A stretch of DNA of 32,000 nucleotides, taken from positions 49,317 to 81,316 of the forward strand of contig JAUWGH010000010.1 of the NCBI GenBank assembly GCA_030606485.1. Reading direction: 5' to 3'. The position numbers and the translations under genes are program-made. Under the pieces are notes generated by a model. The model was not told the origin of the DNA. It made no database searches and saw nothing but the letters and a program-made list of their open reading frames with translations. Positions 8,589 through 16,144 of this stretch are shown one piece after another. The stretch comes from Promethearchaeota archaeon (GTDB lineage Archaea; Asgardarchaeota; Lokiarchaeia; Sigyniarchaeales; SOKP01). Positions within the stretch are counted from its first letter, which is position 1. Each line of letters begins with the position of its first letter.

Positions 8589-9269
8589 TTATAATAAAAT
8601 TTTTAATACTTTATCAACACTCGATTTATTTTGCTTTAATCTCCCTGAAAAATAAGTAATTAGGTGATATACACATTCCGAAAGGGTATTGTAATTAAAA
8701 GTAAGGCAGGCAAGCTCAACTTCATAACTTGCGATATGCTTCTGCTTAGCTTTATCAAGAGCGTATTTTGCTAGCTTTATCGTATTTTTATGTAATGGTC
8801 GTAGCTTTTTAATTTGAGCAATTTTCTTTTTCTCCTGTTTAAATTCCTGATTTGTAAGGTATACAACGTCAACATAACATTTGGGATTTAAAAAATCTAT
8901 ATGGACAGCCTTGTCCCCCATATGCACTTTAGAATTCTTCTTAAATCCTTTTTTAGCCCTCTCTAAAAGATCCTTTCGAATAGTATTCTTATTTTGATCT
9001 TTGCCAGTACAAAAAATTATGTCTAAATCGCTCTTCCTAATATCTGTTCGCTTCCCTCGTGATCCACCTTCCTTTATCGCTGCGATTTTAAAACCTGTAG
9101 TCTTTCGTAGGAAGTTCATAACTCGGTTTAATTTCGAATCATATAATGTCTGGGTTTGAGGATCGGTATTAATTTTCTTTAAAAATTCTTTAAGCTTTCT
9201 ATTCTCTAATTTCTTAAGACTACTCGTTTTTTCCACCTTTGTATATTTATTGAAATAGTATTTTAACAA
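8589..9269 (-). CDS. Compact cGAS/DncV/OAS-like (SMODS-type) pol-beta-superfamily nucleotidyltransferase
   Basis: Signature IKEGGSRGKRTDIRKSDLDIIF (hG[G]S..K.T....SDxD, close to the OAS motif VKGGSSGKGT..GRSDAD), third Asp in CYVDVV, C-lobe helices IKLAKYAL and IASYEVELACL. The start is uncertain (TTG 9269 or GTG 9236). Confidence 0.8.
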   Translation of the reverse strand: MLKYYFNKYTKVEKTSSLKKLENRKLKEFLKKINTDPQTQTLYDSKLNRVMNFLRKTTGFKIAAIKEGGSRGKRTDIRKSDLDIIFCTGKDQNKNTIRKDLLERAKKGFKKNSKVHMGDKAVHIDFLNPKCYVDVVYLTNQEFKQEKKKIAQIKKLRPLHKNTIKLAKYALDKAKQKHIASYEVELACLTFNYNTLSECVYHLITYFSGRLKQNKSSVDKVLKILL

Positions 9270-9448
9270 GAAAATTCGACTATTTAAATTTATCTTACTT
9301 TTTAAGGATCCTTGTTATGGATATCCTTTTGATATATATTCTAAAACTAGATTTTTGTTTTTTCTTAATGTTAGATATTTTGATAGTCTGATTTACATGA
9401 AATAGAGACATCGTTATTTTTAATAAATTTCCAAATTTTAATCAAAAA

Positions 9449-9552
9449 AGAAGGATAAAGCCCGTTGGTATTTATTTCCTCTAAAAAACGAGGTTAAGGG
9501 CATTGGCGAAAACATTTCGAATATAAATACCGATTTTTGACTTTATCCTTAC
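9449..9552. repeat. Palindrome-ended intergenic element B (related to element A)
   Basis: Outer IR AAGGATAAAG (9451-9460) / CTTTATCCTT (9541-9550); inner IR GGTATTTAT (9467-9475) / ATAAATACC (9523-9531); right end TTTGACTTTATCCTTAC identical to element A. Confidence 0.6.
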
Positions 9553-9622
9553 AGAAACAATTGATAAATATGTATAAAAAGATCACAATTTTTCTTCGCT
9601 CTCTCAAATTTTTTAAGGGGTA

Positions 9623-10150
9623 TTAAGAAGAAATTTTCATTTCAGCGATTCTTAGCGCAGCCTTTAGAATGGGCATTATTTTTTTTTTAATTTTATGTCG
9701 GGTTAACTTGCTTTTAAGGCATTCAAATTTATCCTCTTTTTCCTCGTTTTCTTCGCAACATTTTCTAGCTTTATCAAAAATGAACAGAAATTGCTCGGAA
9801 TATGGTTTATCTTTCTGAAATTGATAACTAAAAATCTCATCATCATCAAGGGATTTGAAAAACGCTAAACAAGGAATTTTTGTATAACTAATGCCTAACT
9901 CTTTCATTAAACTAAAAATCTTGACTGGGGGATTTGGATCTTTTAAATCGTCTAAAATAAAGACGAATACGTCCTCACCGGACATGTCGTCTAAAATATT
10001 GTAGGATTGGATGACGTAATTTCTTAATTTCTCATGATCCTTATTATATAACAGTAAAGCATATAAATTCCTCCAAGAATTTTTGATTTCCCCCCAATAT
10101 TTGTATAAGTCATTAATGTCCATAGTTGGTTTAACAAATATTGCTGCCAT
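9623..10150 (-). CDS. Hypothetical protein, 175 aa, possible thioredoxin-like alpha/beta fold without CxxC, basic amphipathic C-terminal helix
   Basis: ORF track; strand/helix pattern LYALLLY..helix..LDDMSGEDVFVFIL..LMKELGI..IPCLAFF. The fold call is inference. Confidence 0.7.
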   Translation of the reverse strand: MAAIFVKPTMDINDLYKYWGEIKNSWRNLYALLLYNKDHEKLRNYVIQSYNILDDMSGEDVFVFILDDLKDPNPPVKIFSLMKELGISYTKIPCLAFFKSLDDDEIFSYQFQKDKPYSEQFLFIFDKARKCCEENEEKEDKFECLKSKLTRHKIKKKIMPILKAALRIAEMKISS

Positions 10151-10246
10151 TTAAATCGCTCTATTGTCATGAAATGCTAATAATAAACTATTGTTTTTGA
10201 TCTATTAAAAATATTTTGACACCCAAGTCGACACTTGAAATTAAAG

Positions 10247-10339
10247 AATCAATCAGTTAAACTAACCAAGAACTTACAATTTTTACAATATATAAAAGGA
10301 TTATGAACCTTTAATTGTAAAGGAGTCTCGCATTTGGAA
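10247..10339 (-). repeat. Direct repeat R2 (3' end of the intact Zn-ribbon gene)
   Basis: 89/93 identical to 8445-8537; offset 1802 bp. Confidence 0.95.
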
Positions 10340-10518
10340 CATATAATATTTCTTTCAGGAATAAGACCTACTATAAACTGACATTCACCGCAATAGACAA
10401 AGGGCTTTTGAACCTCTAATTCGAAGGGCTTATCGCAAGCCGGGCATCTAGCACTATGCTCATGAAAAATAGTTTCAATCCCTTCTACATTGTAAATATT
10501 CATTACTTCCGAATACAT
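10249..10518 (-). CDS. Double zinc-ribbon small protein (four CxxC pairs), probable start MYSEV at 10518
   Basis: CPAC..CGEC..CSKC..CKNC; internal duplication CxxC-x-P-x6-PF[VI]YCxxCxF[IL]V. The paralogue at 11912 also starts MYSEV, which supports this start over 10530. Confidence 0.85.
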   Translation of the reverse strand: MYSEVMNIYNVEGIETIFHEHSARCPACDKPFELEVQKPFVYCGECQFIVGLIPERNIICSKCETPLQLKVHNPFIYCKNCKFLVSLTD

Positions 10519-10669
10519 TTTCCATATCATTCTTTTAGTTAATATTCTGTATTAGGGATTTTAAAATACGCATATTTAAAGAAAAAATTTGAAGTGATTT
10601 GAATTGAGAGAATTTTTTTATTTAAATATCATGAGTTAAAATTACCATTAAAACAAAAAATGATGTATC

Positions 10670-10960
10670 GTGAAAAATGAAAAAAAAGAGATCTACACTA
10701 CCACTTGGAGAAATAAATGGATAACGTCTAATGCAGGTACTATTGATGATTTTATTTCGATATTTGAAGAATTGACAGAGATGTTTCGAAGATGGAAGAA
10801 AGCAGGGATTAAGCTCGATTCTAATAGTGGAATTGGGGATGATTATGCTGATTTTTATACTGAGGATAAGGAGGTCGCAATTAGAGAAGATTTTGCGTGC
10901 AAGTATGAAGATGGAAGAGAATTCCTTCCTACTCGATCGGGTAATGAAGTGTTTCTTTGA
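10670..10960 (+). CDS. Hypothetical protein, 96 aa (WRNKW..TIDD..DDYAxFxTxD motif)
   Basis: ORF track; coding-like composition; stop overlaps the next start (operon-like). Confidence 0.75.
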   Translation: MKNEKKEIYTTTWRNKWITSNAGTIDDFISIFEELTEMFRRWKKAGIKLDSNSGIGDDYADFYTEDKEVAIREDFACKYEDGREFLPTRSGNEVFL

Positions 10961-11211
10961 ATATGATGTATGACGCTAGGGACGATATTCAGGAATATAT
11001 CGAGCAGAAAATTAGAGAGCTATTAGAAGAACCGATGAATAAATATCAGGATCCAAACTGGGTACAAGCAGTTACTCTCTTCGAACAATTGATAGTACCA
11101 TTGGACATTTATATAATGGATAAATGCTCCAAGGATTATACCACTAAAATTAGTTTTATCCAAATATCGGAAAAAATTTATGGGCTCAGTATATTTATTA
11201 TATCCATTTGA
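10957..11211 (+). CDS. Hypothetical protein, 84 aa, possibly 3'-truncated
   Basis: ORF track; well-formed helical N-terminus (YDARDDIQEYIEQKIRELL..DPNWVQA), low-information tail. Confidence 0.55.
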   Translation: MNMMYDARDDIQEYIEQKIRELLEEPMNKYQDPNWVQAVTLFEQLIVPLDIYIMDKCSKDYTTKISFIQISEKIYGLSIFIISI

Positions 11212-11350
11212 GAATTTTATAGGGAGTACAATTTTTAACAATTTTAGAGAAATAAAAGGGTACTTCTTTAATCATTAAAAATATTCAATATCTTTTTCTT
11301 TTAAATATGCGCATTTTATAAGATTGCAAATAAAAATCATAGTGATAATT

Positions 11351-11728
11351 ATGAAAAAAAAAGAAGTTAAATTTATACAAGGAAATTATGAACGGATTAA
11401 AGAAATAAGCAATTATTCTGGAGTTTCTTTCGATAAAGTCCTTAACGTCTCGTTGCTATCTGGAATTAAAGAATATTGGGGTAAAATAGTTAAAATCGTA
11501 AATAATTTTCCCGGATGTCTTTTGCCGGAAAATGAGAATTATGAGATAGTGCAGGACCTATTTGTTACACTCGGCAAAAAAATTGAATCTGAATATGAAG
11601 GAATAAAAGAGGTTGAGGCAATGGAAAGAGAATTTGATGAGATATATCCTGTTGGATATTTTGGAGATTTAGAAATAAGACATGAAGAATTCATAAAATT
11701 TTTAGATAGTACCAAAAAACGGTCATAG
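11351..11728 (+). CDS. Hypothetical protein with a possible N-terminal ribbon-helix-helix DNA-binding motif (probable start ATG 11351)
   Basis: EVKFIQGNYERIKEISNYSGVSFDKVLNVSLLSGI fits the RHH strand-helix-G-x-S-helix pattern; acidic C-terminus. Confidence 0.6.
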   Translation: MKKKEVKFIQGNYERIKEISNYSGVSFDKVLNVSLLSGIKEYWGKIVKIVNNFPGCLLPENENYEIVQDLFVTLGKKIESEYEGIKEVEAMEREFDEIYPVGYFGDLEIRHEEFIKFLDSTKKRS

Positions 11729-11912
11729 AGATAATGGTTAATACATATTTAAAATATATATTCTCTTGAAACTTGCATTCGCTACAATAAATAAATGGCT
11801 TCTGAGTCTTTATTTTGAATGGTCTCTCACAAACCGGACATTTAGCCTTATAATCTTCAAAAAGAGAATTAATACTTTCAATACTGCTAATAATCACTAC
11901 TTCTGAATACAT
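11691..11912 (-). pseudogene. Diverged 5'-half copy of the Zn-ribbon gene (single ribbon, unrelated tail)
   Basis: First 48 aa are 24/48 identical to the 10249-10518 product (MYSEV..CPxC..PF..QKPFxYCxECxF); similarity then stops abruptly. The upstream DNA is also similar. Confidence 0.65.
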
Positions 11913-12061
11913 TTTACTTACTCATTTTAGTTGATGTTCTTATTGTTAATAATTTAAAATAGACATTTATAAAGAAATAAATAAAAAAAAAGCCTGAAGT
12001 TGAAATTTTTTCTTTTTTATTTATAAATGTTTAGTTGAAAAATATTTTAAAAAAATAATAT

Positions 12062-13096
12062 TTGGAGATGAAGAATATGGAAATTGTAGAATATGAGTTT
12101 AAAAAATATCATGTAGAAGATTATAGAGATTTCTTACGAGACTTCTGGAACGAATCAGAATTTGAAGGTAATATCTATTACGAGTATGAGAGAAGGAGAT
12201 ATGGTCGAACTGAAGCGTATTGTAAAACCTTTCTTCCTAAAATTGGAAAATTGGAGAAAATAATTCTTCGAAGCTTTCCGGAGATTAACATTCATAATTA
12301 TGGTTTAATTGATCACGATATAGAATTTGTAGGTGATGAGGGAAAAATTCACTGCGGAGAGAATTTTTATTGGGGCTATAAAGGTGGTGGTCCTGGTGAT
12401 TTTCATACCTTATTAGAACTGCTTGGTCTAGATATTACATATGATGAGATCGCAAATATACCACAAGAACTTAAAAAACCTTTTGAAATTCACTTAAAAG
12501 AAAAGAAAAAATACTTTATTGAAGATCCTGATGACCATTGGATCTGGATGTATACGAAAAGTAGTATAAATTATTGCAGGCAGAACCTATCAAAGATCGG
12601 AAAAATTAGTAAAGTTGTCCTTTCGATTCCACCAGATATCACTTGGGGCTATGAAGGTACGAAAATAATCGGAGAGAATGGTATAATTTTTTGTTTCGGT
12701 TTCGGTTGGGGATTGGATTATTTCAAATCAAGGGCTTTACTCTGGCTGCTTAAAACACTAGGTTTGGATGTTGATATGGGTTATATTATCAAGCTTCCTA
12801 AACCAGAAATTGGGGTACCATTTACTCCGATAATCATAGATATACCAGAAGAAACCGTTTTTGAGAAGTTAATTGGTATTCCAGATTGTCCTATTTGCGA
12901 ATCAAGCAGAATTTATTTTCAATCAGCAACTAATAAATGCCGATGCAAAAGGTGTGGGAGCATTTTCTCTAAGAATGGCACATTAATAAATAAGAGAGAA
13001 TTGCCAGCATGCCCTGAATGCTGGAATGTTTATACCGTTTCTTATGATATTTCTAATGGTCGTCATCACTGTTGTTATTGTGATATTAAGTTTTAA
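12062..13096 (+). CDS. Hypothetical protein, 344 aa: two tandem copies of a DUF6166-like (F-x-W-G-Y-x-G-x-G-P) domain plus two C-terminal Zn ribbons
   Basis: Repeats YC..L.KIGK..K..L..P.I..G..G.I.C..F.WG...L..LL..LGLD; C-terminal CPIC..CKRC and CPEC..CCYC. The family name comes from motif memory only. Confidence 0.75.
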   Translation: MEMKNMEIVEYEFKKYHVEDYRDFLRDFWNESEFEGNIYYEYERRRYGRTEAYCKTFLPKIGKLEKIILRSFPEINIHNYGLIDHDIEFVGDEGKIHCGENFYWGYKGGGPGDFHTLLELLGLDITYDEIANIPQELKKPFEIHLKEKKKYFIEDPDDHWIWMYTKSSINYCRQNLSKIGKISKVVLSIPPDITWGYEGTKIIGENGIIFCFGFGWGLDYFKSRALLWLLKTLGLDVDMGYIIKLPKPEIGVPFTPIIIDIPEETVFEKLIGIPDCPICESSRIYFQSATNKCRCKRCGSIFSKNGTLINKRELPACPECWNVYTVSYDISNGRHHCCYCDIKF

Positions 13097-13282
13097 ATAA
13101 AAACATACTTTAGCTGCAGATGAAATGTTGAATAGACAATGTGATTTAAAATAATTAAGGGCTTTTAAATCTTGATTGGGTGTTCATTTGACTAAAAATG
13201 TCTTCTACGCAAATGAAAAACATTAAAAATAGAAATAATCAATCTATTATTATCCTTAATATTTTTTTTAAGAAATCCAAAT

Positions 13283-13987
13283 ATGAATGATAATAAAATG
13301 AAAGAAAGAAATGGGAAAAATCGCAAATATAATCTGCGAAAAAGTAACAAAATGGTAAAAAAAATTATGTCCCTGATTGATAGAAATATTTTAATGGATT
13401 CACATGTATATTATTCTTATGTGATGGTCCCTGAAAGTATGAGAACAGGTGAATCAATGATGATTTATGATGGAGAACCTATTAGTGAGGATGAAAAACG
13501 AAGAATTAAACTTTATATTACTTTTTTATTTACAAAATATGGATATACCGAAGAAGAAAAAAAAATAAACAATAGGCTAATAGCAGCATTTTATCTATTC
13601 GGAGAAAGAATTGGAAAAGAATCAGTAGTAGTAATATTTGCAAATAATTTGAAAGCAGAAGAAATTGATTTTAAAAGGAATTTATATTTAATAAAAAAAC
13701 TTAAATTAAAGCCGGCTGATGCTCCGTATATGATATTCTCTCGAAAACCACTTGATGAAATAATTGACCCCAAAGAAGAGGATATTCTTGAGTTATCGTT
13801 TAATATAAAAGATGAAGAGAAATTTTCCAATTTGATAAAAGAGGTTGAAAATGATGTATTATATGGAGAATATCCTGGAAGATGGATTAAAATAAAAGTG
13901 TGGTTAGAGCAAGATCATCCTTTTCTTGAAAAAATTTGGAAAGGTCTTAAGGAAGCAACAAATTTATTAAAACCTTTCATAAAATAA
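13283..13987 (+). CDS. Hypothetical protein, up to 234 aa (start uncertain); distantly resembles the 9623-10150 product
   Basis: ORF track; shared pattern LY..L..helix..G.[DE]..V.I..L.K.L....P...F and a C-terminal amphipathic helix. Confidence 0.75.
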   Translation: MNDNKMKERNGKNRKYNLRKSNKMVKKIMSLIDRNILMDSHVYYSYVMVPESMRTGESMMIYDGEPISEDEKRRIKLYITFLFTKYGYTEEEKKINNRLIAAFYLFGERIGKESVVVIFANNLKAEEIDFKRNLYLIKKLKLKPADAPYMIFSRKPLDEIIDPKEEDILELSFNIKDEEKFSNLIKEVENDVLYGEYPGRWIKIKVWLEQDHPFLEKIWKGLKEATNLLKPFIK

Positions 13988-14162
13988 ATAATAATTAAGA
14001 TCAATTAAACAATCTTGATCATATAAAATCGAGTATCGCACAAAATTATCCGAGTTAAACTATTATAAAGTAATTTTAGATTAAAATTATAATCAAAGAT
14101 TCTTATTTTTCTTAAGATAATAAAATAACTTGATCTATCAAAAGAAAATTTACTCTCTTAGA

Positions 14163-15815
14163 ATGAGTCAGAGAAAAGTCCTAAAAGGTATAATACAATT
14201 TGGCAAGAGGGAATTCAAGGAAAAAAAACCCCTCTCTGTGGAGATCTTAAGAGTAAAAAGTAAAACGATTCTCACGAGAGGAGTTTTACCATCTCTTTCT
14301 ATAAAACAAATTAAGGGAGCTAAATATTTAGTGGTCACAGATTATAAAGAATTCTTTAGAGTCTATCCATTTTCTTCTTCTGGGGTATTATTAGGCGGAC
14401 AAAATTTAGAAAAGACGGCAAAATTATTGAAAGCATTGAAAAAAGGTACTGCAAAGGAATACACATTACCTAAAGAACTGCCAAAACTAACATTAGGAGA
14501 TCTTTCTGTTCATTATCAGGAACAGTTTTATAAAGCACAACAAAGCCTAAATGATGTATTTGGATTAAATATTAATTACCCACTTTCGATTGCTGCCTTC
14601 AAAAATTCAAAGAAGGTTAATAAAAGAGAATTATGCGTTCAGAGAAATAAAACATTTTTAAAGATTGATATAAAATATTGGAAAACGCCAATATCTGAAG
14701 TAATTACCCATAGAGAGTTAATCTATTATTTTCTTAAGAGAATGGGAATCTTTCCGAAAAATAAAGATTTAATGTTTGATTTTTGTTATTTTTTTACTGC
14801 AATATTATTAAGAGGCGAAAAAGCAGAACAAATATTTGAATTATGGGAAACTGTATCACCAGAATGGAATATAAACGATTATGAACTCAACCTTATGGAA
14901 AATAAGAACCAAATTTTAAAATTAATAAATGAAACATATACAGAAAATGAGTTAAAAACATTCATAGGAAATGTATTTTCCACCATAGAGATATTAAATA
15001 AATATAAGATTTTAATCAATTCTGAAGAATTCCTGTCGCTTTTTAAATATTTTTATCACAGATTTCAGAAATTAAATACTACAATAATCTTTGAAAAAGC
15101 CAAATTGAAAGAAATTATAGTAATTCTTCGAGATTTATTCTTTTCTGCATTATACCAGAAATATTTCTATCCCCAAGATTTTGAAAATCTGTTAAAAATT
15201 AAGGAAAATGCTAATCAATTTAAGAACTTCTTAAAGTTAACTCATTTAACTATTATCTTTTCCATTTTAGGTGGCGAATTTCATTATATCAGAGAACTTA
15301 AATCTAAATATCCTGTTCTTAAGCAAGAAGAATCTCTTGAAATGTTATTTGGACTTCCGGAGTATAAATTATCAAGCGCAATTAGATATTTTAGTGATAA
15401 AACAAACATATCTAACAATATCTCTAATTTTCAAAAATTATTACAAGATATGTTCAAATCCTATATATTCAATTATTGTCTTGAAATAAATTATGATTCT
15501 GCATTCTTCTGTGATACCAAACCTAATGAAACCAAAATATTACATATAGAAGTTTTTAATCACTCAGATATAGTCCTTAAAGATACCACGCTAAATTCTG
15601 TTATGAATCCAAAAAATAGGATGGACTTAAAAATACTTAAAGACTCTAACTATGAGGATTTAGATAAAAAACTGGAGTGGGAATATGAATTGACTGGTAA
15701 GATAGAAGGAAAAGTTAATTTCTCCATTCAATTGGTAATAAAAGACCCTTTTATTGAAAGTAATATATTTAAATATAAGAAAAAGTTAGGCGTTATAATA
15801 ATTAGAGAGAAATAA
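14163..15815 (+). CDS. Large hypothetical protein (~550 aa), helical middle, C-terminal Ig-like beta-sandwich (probable start ATG 14163; track start 14130)
   Basis: Long ORF; the C-terminus has alternating beta-strand patterns (ILHIEVFNHS..LEWEYEL..VNFSIQLVIKDP). No catalytic motif recognised. Confidence 0.8.
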   Translation: MSQRKVLKGIIQFGKREFKEKKPLSVEILRVKSKTILTRGVLPSLSIKQIKGAKYLVVTDYKEFFRVYPFSSSGVLLGGQNLEKTAKLLKALKKGTAKEYTLPKELPKLTLGDLSVHYQEQFYKAQQSLNDVFGLNINYPLSIAAFKNSKKVNKRELCVQRNKTFLKIDIKYWKTPISEVITHRELIYYFLKRMGIFPKNKDLMFDFCYFFTAILLRGEKAEQIFELWETVSPEWNINDYELNLMENKNQILKLINETYTENELKTFIGNVFSTIEILNKYKILINSEEFLSLFKYFYHRFQKLNTTIIFEKAKLKEIIVILRDLFFSALYQKYFYPQDFENLLKIKENANQFKNFLKLTHLTIIFSILGGEFHYIRELKSKYPVLKQEESLEMLFGLPEYKLSSAIRYFSDKTNISNNISNFQKLLQDMFKSYIFNYCLEINYDSAFFCDTKPNETKILHIEVFNHSDIVLKDTTLNSVMNPKNRMDLKILKDSNYEDLDKKLEWEYELTGKIEGKVNFSIQLVIKDPFIESNIFKYKKKLGVIIIREK

Positions 15816-16144
15816 AAGGAATTATTATCTTATATGTAATGATTTATAATAGAGATGTTTTAATTTTAATCTAAAAATACTACAGCAATTCAATGCTACC
15901 TTAGAGACTTTCTATATAATAGACATTTTTTACCTACATTTGAATTAATAATTAATAGAGAAAAAAAAAATAAGTTTCTTAAAAATCCTAATATTGTATA
16001 TATGTATTTAAAATATTCAAGACTTTGATTGATTTATAAAATTTATGGATAATTTGCTTTTTTTTTTATTGTCCAAGATGTTTTAGAAAAAATATTATCA
16101 ATATAAAATCTGTTAATATTAATTAATCTAATGTATTCAATATT

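Noticed and set aside
8589-9269. CCA-adding enzyme or MNT antitoxin assignment
   Set aside because: Too short for an archaeal CCA enzyme (no body or tail domains), too long for MNT, and no HEPN partner; disfavoured, not formally excluded.
1156-9497. Shared 13-mer AAAACGAGGTTAA at 1156 and 9485
   Set aside because: An SD-like core in AT-rich context with no extended homology; chance is plausible.
6389-9552. Elements A and B as SECIS elements or classical integron attC sites
   Set aside because: Upstream genes have no in-frame TGA to recode; there is no RYYYAAC/GTTRRRY core and no integron integrase in the window.
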